Shown: positions 40,124 through 59,280, counted from the first letter of the stretch. The stretch is DNA of 64,000 nucleotides from the human T2T-CHM13v2.0 reference genome, Homo sapiens (GCF_009914755.1 NC_060930.1), one strand, 5' to 3'. The notes: generated by a model from the letters alone, not told the origin. Numbers and translations: made by a program.

Positions 40124-40627
40124 CTTATATTATCTTTCTATTGTTACTATAATAAATTATTATCAACTTAGTGGCTTAAATAATACAAATTTATTATTTT
40201 ACAGTCCTATAGGTTAGTAGCTGACGTGGGTCCCACTAGCTAAAACCAGTGTTGTCAGCTGCACTCCTTCCTGGAGACTCTGGGAAAGAATCTGATTCCT
40301 TGTCTTCTCTGGCTTCTAGAGGCCATTTGTGTTGCTTAGTTCATGATTCCTTTCCTCCATCTTCAAATGCAGCAATGTTGGATCTCTGACCATTCTTACA
40401 TAGTTACATGTCCCTCTAACCCTGATCTTATCTGGAAAGGTTCTTGTAAGGACTCTTGTGATTAAATTGGACCCACCTGGATAATCCAAGATAATCTCAT
40501 CTTGATGTCCTTAATTTTAAGCACATGTGCAAAGTCTCTTTTGCCATGCAAAGTAACATATTCATAGGTTCTGGGAATTTAGGCATATAAATATTTGAGT
40601 GAGGGGGAAATTATTCTGCCTACCACT
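40124..40627 (-). mobile_element. MLT1 (C/D-like) solo LTR
   Basis: aacttagtggcttaaa.aatacaaatttatt..., ggacccacctggataatccaagataatctc, ...attctgcctaccac. Confidence 0.8.
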
Positions 40628-41836
40628 AAAACACAAAGAAGACATTTCATTTCTCATTTCATTTCTCACTATTCAGTTCAGTAATAAAAATATGTTAAAT
40701 GGGAGAAGCCAAAGATACCCTTCAAAACAATAGCAACACGTTAATCAACATTATTTGGAAATCATTGTATTATATCAAATGACTCTTTCAAAACTGTTTG
40801 TCTGGGAAGAAAATTTCTGCTGGTTTTATCTTTTTCTAAAGATGCTTTTGGAGATCCTTACTGGATTTCCCTAGCTACAATCAGAATGCAATATCTGAGA
40901 TGTAGAAATAAAAGTATTTCCATATCCATATACTTGAAGCCTAAGGCTGCTATTATTTCTAAGCATAGAGAGTAAACACAGCCTCTCTTTGTTTTACTAA
41001 TTGCTTTGTTTCCCCAAGCTGCAAGTACAACATCTGCCAGACCAGAATGCACTCCTTCCACACACCACAGAACCACGTCTGGATAAACGACCTACACATC
41101 ATGGTGTAAGGGCAAGCGCTTTGCAGGCAGCCAGAAGGCAGTTTTCAAGAGGCAAAGACCTCAAGTGGAAATGAAGCTGAATCACCCTCCAAAATCTTTA
41201 GAGTGGTTATGGAGTTGTTGATTCTGTAATGATTTCATACTGTCTCCAATTTTATTGATTTTGTTTTTCAATAGAGCTGTTAAAGATTACGATTCTAAGA
41301 TAAGCAGAATGTGGGCAGATGCTCACATTCTCACACACTGTTCTGCCAAGATATTTTTACATCTTTCTGCACATAAAACAAAATGAAGACATGTGCTATA
41401 GATGCATGCTACCAGTAACCCCCCATCCCCAGAAGAAGGGAGTTTACTGTATGTTAATTTCCTGGATGAGGTATTAAATTTTACTTAGAAAAAAAAATTA
41501 ACAGAACTTCTAAAATAAAAGAGGTTTGCTTCTAAGGCACTTTATAAAATATTCTTAATTACCAAAACCCACTGAAAAGGCAATTTGGGTCATCATATCC
41601 AAATGTCATCTCTGCTATTTCCAATTCAATATTAAACTTCATGCCACATCAAAATATAAAACGCTGCAACAGCTTACACACTGTTGATGTTCATTCATCT
41701 ACTGCACATCAGAAAAGCTCATTGCAAATATGGCATGAAAGAAAGAAAAGTAAGCAAAACACACTCAGAAAAGACTTGAAACAAATTGCCTGAAGGAACA
41801 CACTCCAGAGAAAACATTGCAAAACCATAGCCTTAC

Positions 41837-42885
41837 CTTGGGAGACTTGGGCAGGTCTACCGTCCTTTCTTCTGCTAAGGTTAGCAGGGTTAACTTTGTT
41901 TCCTCTACTGAGGGGTGTTTCGGAGGGCGAGGTGGGGGATGTGAGGCTGAGCTTTCATATCTCCGCATCATGTAATATTGCTCTTCAGTGATCTCTTCTA
42001 CCAGAGTCCTGACTAGAAATGGTTCTGCATCCCTAGAGAAATTACTAACTAACTGAACAGTCATATTCAAGCGGCCCACAGGAATTTCCCAGCACTCCGT
42101 GGGGTTGGCAAAGTCACTTATGAGTAGGTAAGAGTCTGTAATGTCCTCCTCCAACTGCAGTCCTGGTGTGGCAGCCAACACGTCCTCTTCAATGGAAAGA
42201 TCCCTGACAGACACCTTCACATTGAAGGGCAAACGGAACTGTTTACAGAGCTCAGAAATCGGGTACTGTTTCTTATCATGAATCACCTCTACAAAACCTC
42301 CTTCCATGTACAAAGGGAGCAGCGCAGCCTCATAGGACTTTTTGAGGATTTTTTCACAGGCCAGAACATTCACCACTTTTTTTATTCCCTCACAGAGGAC
42401 TTCAGTCGTCTCTGACTGATGCACCAGAAACTGGTCCCCAACAGATACGGATGACAGCTTGTCATGAGGGGAATGAAACGCTTTGGTGGCCACCACGTGA
42501 AGAGGCTCCTTTTCACTCTTAGCGATCTCTAGGTCATAGGCCGTTGGGAACTCCCTCGGTCGCCGCTTGAACTTGCCTTTATAGCTAGTGGGGATCAAGA
42601 AGTGTCTTTTAGGAAAATTGCTTCTAATTTCTGAAGCTAAGATTCTTGATGCCTGGTACTTTTTGTGGATCACAATGGTTTTCCCAGGCTGTAAAATGCT
42701 TTGGGGCAGGTGGTTTCCTTCAGGTGCTTCTATGACTTCAGTCACTATGGGGAACTCTTTACTAGTCATTTCAAAAAGATCTTCTGTTGATAACAGCTGA
42801 AGAAACCAGTTAGCATCGTAAGAATCAGTGATGTCTTTGACTTCGACATCTAGACTGGGGAGGATGCGGATTATATCTTTTCGAA
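41837..42885 (-). CDS. THEMIS: THEMIS large coding exon (exon 4): CABIT2, basic NLS (KFKRRPR), QYYMM tyrosines, proline-rich PPPRPPK motif; 1049 nt, phase 1-0
   Basis: Inside ORF 41765..43012(-): [15 protein letters not shown]...VLACEK...[10 protein letters not shown]...DLPKSPK. Acceptor ttttctttttag|TTCGA at 42886/42885; donor CCCAAG|gtaagg at 41837/41836. Frame is continuous with the upstream exon. Confidence 0.98.
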
Positions 42886-43828
42886 CTAAAAAGAAAAAAT
42901 AAATCACTATGATATTTTTGTACTTCAAAACGTTTGCTGTGAGATACTCTCCTGATGCCATAAATAAATTTCTTTTACAAAATAAAGAACTCAGATGATC
43001 ATCATATATCATTTCTTATGTGTGATTTTCCTTTTTTCAAATTTTAAGATGAAAGAGATTGAATATAAAACCAACACGCATAAGCCCATACTCAGTTTAA
43101 GAAGCGGACATTAGCCAGTACCTTGGAGCTCTAGGGAACCTCCTCAAAATCATATCCTCACTTCTACTGACGTACGATCACTGTCCTGATTCTCATGTTA
43201 AATATTCCTGTGCTTATATTTATACTTTTATCATCCATAACATACATGAATATAGATATGTGTGTGAATATGTATGTAAATGTGTTCATAAATTTTATAT
43301 GAAGGTTTATAAATTATTAGGTCATTTTAAGTCATATTCTTGAGGGCCAGACTTTATATATCAAATTATCATAGAAGACAGTTTTGACCCAAAACAAACC
43401 TTTATACCAAATCATATCCTGTGAGTTGAAACAATATTGCAAAATCCTAAGATACAAGCTACTTGAGATTAATATGCGAAAATAAATACCAAGATGCAAT
43501 ATTTTTCCAATGTCAAAGTTCTTTCTTTCTCCACTGGTGTTATATTATACCTGCCTACCAAAGGAGTGGTGCAGAGTGGGTCACAATCAGAGGAGCCATT
43601 CAAGAGCCCTAGGTATGCTGGTGAGTACTCACCAATGTATTCATTGCCTCATGCGTCACTGGGGTTAATGGATATCTGTATTTTTTCCAATCATCCACTG
43701 TCTCACGAGTCTTCCTTTGAGACTACAGAGATGCTTAAAATATTGTCCTGCATTTATTTACCTGTTCCTCATATACCACCCAACATCTTATCATTATAAA
43801 TGGTCCTGAATTAATAAACTTATGTATT

Positions 43829-44128
43829 GGCCAGGCACTGTGTCTTATGCCTGTAATCCCAGCATTTTGGGAGGCTAAGGTGGGAGGACTGCTTCAGCCC
43901 AGGAGTTCGAGACTAGCCTGGGCAATATAGTGAGACCTTGTCTCTGTACAAAAATTAGAAAAAATTAGCTGAATCTGGTGGCATGTCCCAGCTACTCAGG
44001 AGACTGAGGTGGGAAGATCGCTTGAGCCTGAGAAGCAAATGTTGCAGTGAACCATGATCATACCCACTGCATTTCAGCTTGGGTGACAGAGTGAGACCCT
44101 GTCTCAAAACATAAAAATAAAAAAAAAT
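43829..44128 (+). mobile_element. AluJ with 16-bp TSD (2 mismatches)
   Basis: gggaggactgcttcagcccaggagttcgag and ccatgatcatacc (J-type). TSD aataaa(c/g)ttatgt(a/g)tt at 43813-43828 and 44129-44144. Confidence 0.92.
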
Positions 44129-45009
44129 AATAAAGTTATGTGTTAATATTAACAGGGTATTATAATAGTCTATATTTTCTTGATAATTTACTAACATAAA
44201 TTTTATAGCATTTTCATGATATGGCATTGATTTTCAATATCTCCAGCCACCCTTCCGTCATTTTTTTCTTCCTTCCATGCTTTTGAAAATGAACAATTTG
44301 GAATATTTAGAAGACAGAATATCCTCTTATAAAACATTACATATATTACTTTTAATATTATTAACTGTTTATGCAGCATCAAAAAACCTGTGTGATTTAT
44401 GTATTACTTATATGTCCTGTGTAATTATAGAGTTTCTGAAGATGCAGCAAGGAAAAAGTATTATTTTCTTGTAAAAAAAATAAAAAATCAGTGGTTGCCT
44501 ATAGGCTAAAGATCTGCAAAATTGTAAAGATTTTTAATTTTTAGAAAAAAAAGGAGGGTTGAAAGAGCACTTCTTACATTAATAAGTTATGTTATAAAGT
44601 TTAGCATGCACTAACTTTTAACATTATACCTACTGGCTTCCCTGAACCTCAAGGTAAGTTTAGAAACTAAAATTCTGGTTGTTTGAATCAAAATGAGCTA
44701 GGTTTAAGAATTCTAGAGCTAGCTCTAGATAGGCTCATGCTATTCCTCAAGTCTAGGGAAGAGCTAGAGATTAGTAGAATAGATGCCATCAAGGACTTCC
44801 TGAGAACTCAGAATTGATCCACCAGAACATCAGTTTCAATACAAGCTAGATCCCAATCTGTCTTTGTACATGGTGGGTGCTGTGGGCTGGGAATAGCTTT
44901 AATGCATTGGAGGACTTTATTGCTGCTGGAGAAACCCTACAGGCCATGTTATCCGAACTCTTAAATTTTTTGTATTCAATTACTGACCTATCTTCAATAC
45001 TTCTGTGCC

Positions 45010-46207
45010 TAAATCCACTGAAATGATGCTAGCCTATCTTATTTTACTTAAGATCTCAGCAGCATTTGACAAAGTGGATTAGACTCCCTCCTCTTTGATA
45101 CATTTTTCTCACTTGCTTTCCCCTTATGTCACTTGTGATTCTTCTCAGTTTTGCTGATTTCTTCTCCCTATACACCACCCACCCCTCACACACACCTTTT
45201 AGGGTGTCTTGGTTCTCTTTTTCCCTCTATCTACACCCACGCCTACACTGATCTTAAGTGGTCTCATGTCTTTAAATATCATCTTTATGCTGATGACTAC
45301 CCAAAGTATAGCTCCAGCCAAAACATTTTCCTGAATGCAGTATGTCTACTTCAGATCTCCACTTGGACATCTAATAGATGTCTCAAAATTAACATGCTTA
45401 AACTGAAATCTAATCTTCCTCCAAAACCTAAGCTATATGCTGTCTTCCCAGACTCAGCTATTGGAAACTCTTTTCTTTCAGTTCAGTCCATAAATCTCAG
45501 AGACATCCTTAGCTTTTCTCTTTTTTAACACCTGAAATATCTTACATCAGGACTATCCTGATCTAAGCTACATTGTCTTTTGCCTGGATTGTTGCAGTGG
45601 CTTTCTAACCGGTATCCTTGCAGTCAAGTCTCAATAGGGAAAGCAAATATTATTTTTAGATGCTAAATAATTTATGTCTGTCTTCTGTTTATAAGCCTAC
45701 AGTGTCAGTCCTTTCACTTAGTATAAAAGCCAAAGTCCTTACCTGGCCCCTGGCACCACCTGGGTCTCATCTGCTACTCCTTTGTCTCACTCTAACTCCC
45801 CGCTGTCTCCCGGACCTCCTCATTGTCAGTCAGATCTTTGCACAGCCTGTTTCCTCTGCCTGTTACATACTTCAGCCAGATATGTTCACAGCCAACTCCT
45901 CTTCTTCTTCAAGTCTGCTTAAATATCATCTCGGCAGTGAGACCTACTCTAAATGCACTATTTAAAATTGCAATCTTCTCTTCTATTTGCCCTTTTCTAT
46001 TTCTCTATTTCATGTCACCCTTCACCTTCTATCATTCCATATAACTTGTTAATTTATATTATGAACATTTTCTATTTTTGTTTCCCTAAACTGAAACATA
46101 TGCCTTCCCAGAGGTGGGAGGCTTTCATTGTTTTCTTCATCAATGTCTAGAATGTCTAGAGTGGCACCTGGCGTATAGTAGATACTCAATAAATGAATTA
46201 ATGAATA
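45010..46207 (+). mobile_element. L2 (L2a-like) 3' part with RT remnants and (AATG)n-like tail
   Basis: gatctcagcagcatttgacaaagtgga (DLSAAFD), YHLYADD peptide in ORF 45151..45528, end ctcaataaatgaattaatgaat. Confidence 0.85.
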
Positions 46208-46559
46208 AAAAATAATTGCCAGAACAAAGTCCATGAGTGACCACTAAAGGAAGCAATTCAGTAAATATATTCTATATAAAATTTCACTGGAAAAAAAAGT
46301 TTTCTATGTTAAAACTCCTGCTACTATTCATAGCAGCTATTGTATATTTTATTTAAGACACTTCTCTTAAGGTTGCAGTTTCACTTAAACAATGGCCTGT
46401 TCAATGCAATAAATACTTGTATTTAATGTCTTCAACATAATAGAGAGATCAAGGTATAAATATATGAGCAAAGTAAAATATTTTCATCCAAGTTTTTTTA
46501 ATAAAAAAGATTAGGCAAAATCATGATATAGATGCCTAAAGAGAAGATTCAATACAAGG

Positions 46560-49190
<2,631 letters not shown>

Positions 49191-50103
49191 AAAAATAGCA
49201 TATTTAATTTGATGATGAGGATAAAGACATTTTATGAAAGGCATGGCCACAACATGAGACTTTAAGAATGAAAAGAAATTACAGGCTAAGATAGAATAGG
49301 AGAGGGTATAATCCAGATGGCAAGGACACCGTGATCAATGATAAGAAGGGAAATTGAGAATAGTCAGTAATTAAAAAGAAATCCAGCATCTCAGGATTTT
49401 AAATGAGAGCACAGGGACTGGACAGGAGACTCACTGAAAGAAGCACTATGGAAATGAATTGACACTTTGAATGCCAGGCTGAGGAATGTATAACTACTTC
49501 AGGAGGAAATCCAAAATATTTCAGATTAAGAAAGACCAAATTACAATTAGGAATTTGGCAGATTATCTGATAACTCAATGGGAGAAGAGATTGAAATCAG
49601 GGAGTCTACCTTTCTTTCTATACTAAGTGCCATGAAGCCCATAGACATCCAATTTACTGGCAACCCAATCTGCCTCATTATTTTTGCATGAACTTTGAAT
49701 TTTTATATTACTCTCTCATGTCTGCTAATACATTAAAATGAAAGCTTTTTTTATACTATTCTGTTGATTTTTTTATATGTTTTAAGTTTTCCACAGTCAA
49801 AAGTTAAAATAAAAACTCATTATTTGCTTAAGGTTACCTAGAATTTGGCAATGACATCCTCAAGTTTTTAAACTGAAATAGGTTTCATTAATTTTTATGG
49901 CAAATATTATATCTAAGAATCTCTCCTAGAGAAAGATAAAGACACCAACACTTATAGTGTTGTTTTTCTTATAAAACAAAAAGTTGCATGCTTTTATAGA
50001 AATATTTTAAAATATAAGAGAGGAAAAACAATTAGAATCTTTTATAGATTTATAAAATTTTAGACAACAACGGCTTATATTGTGGTATATATAGCTCTAA
50101 TCA

Positions 50104-50117
50104 TGTGTGTGTGTGTC

Positions 50118-50148
<31 letters not shown>
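50104..50148. repeat. Compound (TG)n(AG)n microsatellite
   Basis: Read directly. Confidence 0.95.
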
Positions 50149-50149
<1 letters not shown>

Positions 50150-51588
50150 AAATTTTTTAAACAAGCATTTGTTATTTTACAATTGGGAAAATGGAATTTC
50201 CTCCCCCAAAAAAGACCAAAGAGTACAAGCTAAATTAGAAAATGTCATTTTCCAAAAAAGTTCTTTTTGACTCTAAAATGTTAGATAAGAAGGCAACACC
50301 TGAGAGCATGAGACTGAGAAACATTCCTGGAGGTTTGTATTACAAGTTTTTCTGTTCCAAACTAAACCAAAGTAAAAACATTATGTACTTATCAAACTTT
50401 AGTTTAGACTTCCCAGAATTTCTTTGTGAGTGAATATGAATTATCCTTGCTGGGTATGTTTTCTTGTTATCCAAAGGGAGCTCCTGTGAAAAACAATTTC
50501 CATTCCATTTTTTCTGAAAGAGTAACAGGTTACTTCTTTATGTTGCTGAGTTGTTTCACTAAGTTCTTTCAGGGAAAGTCCCTTCACAGGGTGAATGCTA
50601 ATCATAATGTGGTGCTTTTCTATATTTGCCACTGTAACAACCCTCTTAACTAAGTTTGAATTTAGGGGACACCACTAAAATTGTCTTTAAAGAGAAAATA
50701 AAGAGTTACCTTTAAGCTTGGTTGGTGATGGGCAACATATGTTTCCCTGGATATTTAATATTCAATTCTAGAACACTCTTGGTCTCAACTCACTAAGTGA
50801 GAACCAATCCTTTGCAATTGGACCTAAATTAGTACAGGGATGGAAATCTGCTGAGACACTCTTATTCAAGACTTGAGGACAAGATGATGGTTTCTACATA
50901 TTTTTCTCCAAAGAAATTTTATAAATTCTAGTGCTACAATTTCTCCCAACTTCTAGTTCCTCCATTATTATTTAATAATAATAATCTCTATATTTGTTAG
51001 ACATTTTTACTGTTTAATCTTTGTCATTTACTTTCTAAGACTACAGTTGTTTTTCTCAAAAGTATGAACTTCATCTTCATCTCTCACCCACTCAATGAAT
51101 TGTTTAGTTACATATTTGCATTGCATTACAATCCTTATTATAGGGCAGTTATTAGATTTACTAAAAATTTCTGAGCTCTGCCTTGTTCCAGACTTTTAAA
51201 TTAAAATTTGCTTTACAGTTCATTCATTTGATCTCAATTTTCTTTATGGATATTCTGCAAATTATTTTTTTAAATTTATTTAACTTTATTTCAACTTAAG
51301 GAAAGCTATACTGTGAATTTCTATTTTCTTACCTGGTTCTCCTCTGGTTCATCTGCTGTCCATATTTCTAAACAAAGAGAGCCTTTTGAACGGCTCTGTA
51401 ACTCTTAGAAAAAATAATCATAATCCTCACTGAGAAACTGAGAGTTATTTAAAATGAATACACTTGCATTTGATATGAGTTTATTTGTAACACTACTTTG
51501 ACTTTTACATTTTAATTTAGTCCATAAAATCTAAGAAAAGCAAATAAACACTTTTTTAGACACTTTTAACATGTATCCCATTGATGTT

Positions 51589-52047
51589 TGTAATGGTTAG
51601 TTTTACATATCAACTTGCTTAGGCTATATTACCTAGTTATTTATTCAAACACTAACCTAGGTGATGCTGTGAAGGTATTTTGTTCATGTAGCTGTCATCT
51701 ACAATCAGTTGACTTTCAGTAAAGGATGTTACCTTCCATGATTTAGGTGGGCCTCATCTAATCAGTTGGTGGTCTTAAGAGCAAAAACTGAGAATTCCCA
51801 GAGAAAAGGAAATTCTCCCTCAAAACTGCAGCATTAACTTTTGCCTGAGTTTTGAGCCTGTGCAGCCTGTCCTACAGATTTAGATCTTTTCAACTCCCAT
51901 ACTTGCATGAGCCAATTCCTTAAAATAAACAAATATTTTTATTTACATACAATTTGTTTTATATACAAATAAACACTGTATATATTAATGTATAATTAGG
52001 TATATTTAGCACACATAGATATTCTTTTTCTCTGGAAAATCCTAACA
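51589..52047 (+). mobile_element. MLT2 (D-like) ERVL solo LTR
   Basis: tgtaatggttagttttacatatcaacttg...gctgtgaaggtattttg...ggtgggcctcatctaatcagttg...tgagccaattccttaaaataaa. Confidence 0.8.
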
Positions 52048-52699
52048 AGGCATTAATAGTTGGTAATGTAAAAATAAATATATACATAATACAAAATAGG
52101 TACCTTCCTCTGCTAGCTGCATGATATTTCTATTAGCAATAAGACTGCAGCCTAAAGGAACAAAATGAAATGGGAGCTGACTAGAGTATCTACTGGTTCT
52201 AAATGTCATGTTGTCGTAGTATTTTCATGGACACATTGCGAAAAGCATCACTAACAAAAATTGAACCTGTTATATGAATATAAATGATATAAACTTTGGT
52301 ACCATGAAGTTCATATTTTCCTTAGCTATTGAACTCATAAATATGTCATCATAATAAGTCAAATCTGGATATAGTGAGTGAGAAAACCCCCTTGTTACCT
52401 AAAGAGGAGCTTTGTACTGTGAAACATAAATATACACGCATAAACAATGTGTTACTTGCTTTATTCATTCTTTCATGTACTTGATTTATTGAATGCTTAT
52501 GGAACATTTACTCTATCTCAAGCACTGAGAAGATACAAATACATACATAAGAAATTAATGTGATATTTTTATAAACTAATGAAAATTGTGTTTTACTAAA
52601 TATATTAAATTTATAAATTATACTTATTATCATTTAGCAGGAGTAGCAACCAGTCCTTTGAGAGATTATAATAGATCCAGGCAAAACTCTGGGCTAGAA

Positions 52700-55260
<2,561 letters not shown>

Positions 55261-57629
55261 ATTTTTAAAAATTAAATGAGAGAAAGAGGAAGTCTCAGTA
55301 TTCTAAAGACCAAAGTGTTATTTTTCTGCTATTCATGTATCACTGATTATACAATATGCAGATACAACTGTTCTGATACTACTTTTCACTTGTGTGATTT
55401 CAGCCCTTTGCTTATAAAATGAATTAATTTTTTACATATCTGGGCTAAAACCATACCTCCCAAATTTGAGAGGCATTGAGATTTTTTCAAAAAAGAAAGA
55501 GAGTTATACAACTCTGAAATTTTCACTCAGGGAAGAAATAATTATCAATCTATATGTCAAAACATGACACTATTTTAAAAGTTTTAATGGTCAAGACCTC
55601 TCTCTTTCAGAGGCAAATATAAATAGCTCACTCAATTTTTTCATTTGCAAATATTATGTATTCCATTTACTATGCTAATATGAATTTTGTCTTCCTGAGA
55701 AAGGCACAATACACATCATGATGTGACTTACATAAGACTAGTAGTTTGAAGTTTGCACTGTTATGTGTATCTATTTTCCAAAGAGGGATAATTTTTTCTA
55801 AATCATTAAATGTGTGATGAGGGTTGGGGGGTTCAGACCTATGACAGAGATTTTGGCCAAGTTTCCAGAAACAAATACTTCATTTAAACATTTTTATTTT
55901 TTTTTTGAAGCCCAAATATTCACATTAATAATTAAAAACTAGTAATAGGAGTAGAATATCTTATATTCTCTCTTATCTCTATTTATTTGTTATGTTCTCT
56001 TTTCAGCAAACATGGCTCCCTGTAGTTCTCAGTATTTTTCATCTTGCTCTTTCCCCTAAGGTTTCTAGAAAACTTCCAATTCCCTGCTCAGACCTACTCT
56101 TTTTCTTGACGTCAAGGCAATTTTGAATCTTCAATTTAAGAAAGAATCATGTAAAACAACCACAATGGATTCAAAACATGGTCTACATTTTATATGCAGG
56201 GCAAAAATGCCTACAACAATACAAATACTTTAAATTAGGTATTTGTGATAAGACACCCCTCCTCTATTTCCAAGGAATATTCTGCAGTCAATACACATGC
56301 AATCCAGTCTCAGGCAGTATCTGTCCTGAAATTGCTATACAATAAGAACTATGTTTAAAATAATCCCTATGAAATTAACGATCCAGTATAATTAAAATGG
56401 GAATTTAATTTAAATAGCATTAAAGAATGGGAATTAGACTAAAACATTTTGTAAACGGTATTATTTCAACCAAGGGCTTTCTTCTCGGTCTTGGTTAACA
56501 TAAATTCACAGTTAAGTCCTACCTAAACAAATATGTTAATATCCCCTGATCTGATGATGATTACATTCAATAGACTGCACTTCCATCCAGTAGATCAAGC
56601 CAGGAGGCTGGGAACAAGTTTGGCTTTTTTCCCCTTCCAATAGATCTTCACATTTTGCTCTCTGTACTTCTTAAATACCCATCAAGCCCAACTATGATTC
56701 TCTGTCTTTCCCATTGATGTCTCTACTGTATAAATTTCCTGTACCCTGGCACTCAGCTGGCCTCACTACTCTCCTCTGTTCTTCTCTCCCTGCTTAAAGC
56801 ACTTTACTGATTTGCCCTTATGACACATTTTAGCCTCTTAGTATATACTTCAAGACCCTCCATGATTGATTCCACTCCCCATTGCATGTGTTCATATTTG
56901 TTTCAACCTGCCCTCTCCGTTTTTTTCTCACACCAACTACACTAGAGCTCCCATCCCTTCCTCACCTGCTTCCCCAATACCACTCCTGCCTTCTCCAACC
57001 TTGTTCCTTTCTTCTTTGCCTGATTACCTCCTATGCATCCTTTGAGCCTTCCATTTAAATGCCATTTCCTCGGAGTAGTTTTTCTTGCTTCCTAATTTAT
57101 TAAATGTTGTAACCACTTTATCCATGTGCTTAGGTTCTGGGTTTACCCTCATTTGTAACTATGCGATAGGCAGGAGATGCCAATAGTTGTAGAAAATAAC
57201 AAATTTTAAAATGAGAAAATACTATCTATTATTTATAAAAATCAAAGAAATCTCAATTACTCATCTCAACTGCACATTTGGGGATCGCTAACAGACATTA
57301 ATGTGGGGTCTACAATTTGCCATTGCCTCAATTTTTTGTAATACTAAAAACTCAAAACTACTTGAAAAGGTAGGCAAAAGAGTATCATCATTTTCTTTGC
57401 ATAAACAGGGAGTTTAAATGGTGCACTGAAAACCAACACCTATTAAGTTATTGACCCAGAGTTAGAATCTAGGACTCCAAGTTCAGAATTCTTTACTATC
57501 CATCCTACTCACGTGTCATAATCCTGAAAATTCAAGGTATTAACACCTTTGAAGTAACAATGCTCTCTCCAGATATTCGTATTTCAAAATGCAAATAATT
57601 CTATGAAGATTGCATATTAAAACACGCCG

Positions 57630-57890
57630 GGCCGGGCGCGATGGCTCACACCTGTAATCCCAGCACTTTGGGAGGTGACGTGGGCCGATCACGAGGTCAA
57701 GAGATCGAGACCATCCTGGCCAACATGGTGAAACCCTGTCTCTACTAAAAGTACAAAAAAATTAGCTGAACATGGTGGCGGGTGCCTGTAGTCCCAGCTA
57801 CTTGGGAGGCTGAGGCAGGAGAATCACTGCACTCCAGCCTGGCAACAGAGCAAGACTCTGTCTCAAAACAAAAAAACAAACAAACAAAAA
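57630..57890 (+). mobile_element. AluSc with an internal deletion of about 45 bp in the right arm
   Basis: gaggtcaagagatcgagaccatcctggcc and gcctggcaac (Sc-type); gagaatcact|gcactcc junction. Confidence 0.93.
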
Positions 57891-58432
57891 CACCACGCCT
57901 ATGTGTGAATTAATTTGTCATATAATTTTCCCTTAAGACAGAGGGGCTCTGGGTTAGTAGAGATTTACAGCCAATAATGGATGGCTGGAAAAAGAAAAAG
58001 ACTGTCAGAAAAATAGAAGTAAGGGATGCATCAAGGAAACTTTGCATATTTACCTCTTTTGTTGACCACCTCCATACAAGAAAGCCTCATTCTAACTAAA
58101 TATGTTCTATTTTTTAAAAGTAGCTCTTTTCTAGTCATATTTAACTGGCAGTAATAAAAATAAATTAGTAGTTTGATCTGTCTGTTCCTGATAGTTATAG
58201 CACCTCATATGTGAATAGCACCATACAATTTACAACATACTTGTATATTCATTATTCAATATGATCTTTTGAGCAAATATATGGTTTGCTTATTGATTGA
58301 TGAGGAATCTAACTCTCACAGGCTCAATAGTTGAAATAAAGACAGACTCCCATTCTTCAGGCTCTAAAATCTTTCTTTCCCAAACCCCATAATGCTCATG
58401 CTCATAGAACATCATTCTCAGTGGATACTCAC

Positions 58433-58891
58433 ATTTCATCACACCTTGAATTTCATAAACAGGCTTGAGAATCAGGGTACCATAAAAGTCTTTAGGAAAT
58501 GGATTCGTTGAGTCCCACTTATTTGAAAAATCTGTAAGGTTTACAGTTCTTGTTCTGTTCTTAGGAATCTTCCATTCAACAATCTCCTTTAGAGTGTAAA
58601 TACGTTCATCTTCACACTCGTAGAATTCTCCTTCTTGTGACAAAGGCAAATTAAATGAGTGAGTTTGATGATTCCTTGCTACTGCACAGCTCACCATTAT
58701 TTCTCCATCAATCTCTTCAACTGAGTTGAGCATGATTTGCTCACCCTGCTTTATGATGAGGTTCTCTAGTTTTATATCCTTCTGATGATAGAAGCAAGGA
58801 TGCCCTAGTCTACTTGGTCCAATATGAATGGTCCTTGTGATTTCTTCCATAGTAAGGTATGGAGTTTTATCAGCCACAATCTTAAAAAGAC
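58433..58891 (-). CDS. THEMIS: THEMIS internal coding exon (exon 3 in usual numbering), C-terminal part of CABIT1; 459 nt, phase 1-1
   Basis: Translates [24 protein letters not shown]...[10 protein letters not shown]...[10 protein letters not shown], recognised as THEMIS. Acceptor ctgttcttag|GTCTT at 58892/58891; donor ATGAAAT|gtgagt at 58433/58432. Terminal T joins TT of the next exon to give Phe. Confidence 0.97.
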
Positions 58892-59139
58892 CTAAGAACA
58901 GAATTACGTGAATTAAAAAGAGAGTTCTTACAATGAAAGTTCTCACAAGAAAATCACAAGGAGAGAGTTACAACACAAGTACTGCATACATTTTTAAAGT
59001 GATATCTTTTTAAAGATTAGAGATGCTTATTTTAATCCAGAGTTCTTCTAGGTAAAATTATGAAGTATTGCTTATAGATCACTAGATCATAAGACCAGAC
59101 AATACAAATGGAGACAAGGGGAAAATACCTTGAAATAGA

Positions 59140-59280
59140 AAAGAAACTGTTCTTGGAAATGGGAAATCTGGATGACACTGGCTCTGTTCCAACTACTTTG
59201 TGATCCCAAGCAAGGCATCTTACTTCTCAGTCACATTTTAAATTTTTTATTTTTAAAATGAGAAGATTGGATTTGGTCAG
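59140..59280 (+). mobile_element. MIR fragment
   Basis: ctggctctgttccaactactttgtgatcccaagcaag...taaaatgagaagattgga. Confidence 0.5.

Noticed and set aside
40858-41091. In-frame alternative last exon (VVYPDVVLWCVEG...) after exon 4
   Set aside because: The acceptor tgtgtag has almost no pyrimidine tract and the peptide resembles nothing I recognise.
41251-41836. Exon 4 read-through with intronic polyadenylation (stop at 41765, AATAAA at 41251-41256 on minus)
   Set aside because: The donor is strong, the hexamer is common in AT-rich DNA, and I see no GU-rich downstream element.
41765-43012. 415-aa ORF as a stand-alone gene
   Set aside because: It is THEMIS exon 4 plus in-frame intron on both sides; canonical splice sites delimit 42885-41837.
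44712-44729. 18-bp perfect palindrome tctagagctagctctaga
   Set aside because: Short, isolated and plausibly chance in 64 kb.
58290-58946. 218-aa ORF as a stand-alone gene
   Set aside because: It is THEMIS exon 3 with intronic run-on at both ends.
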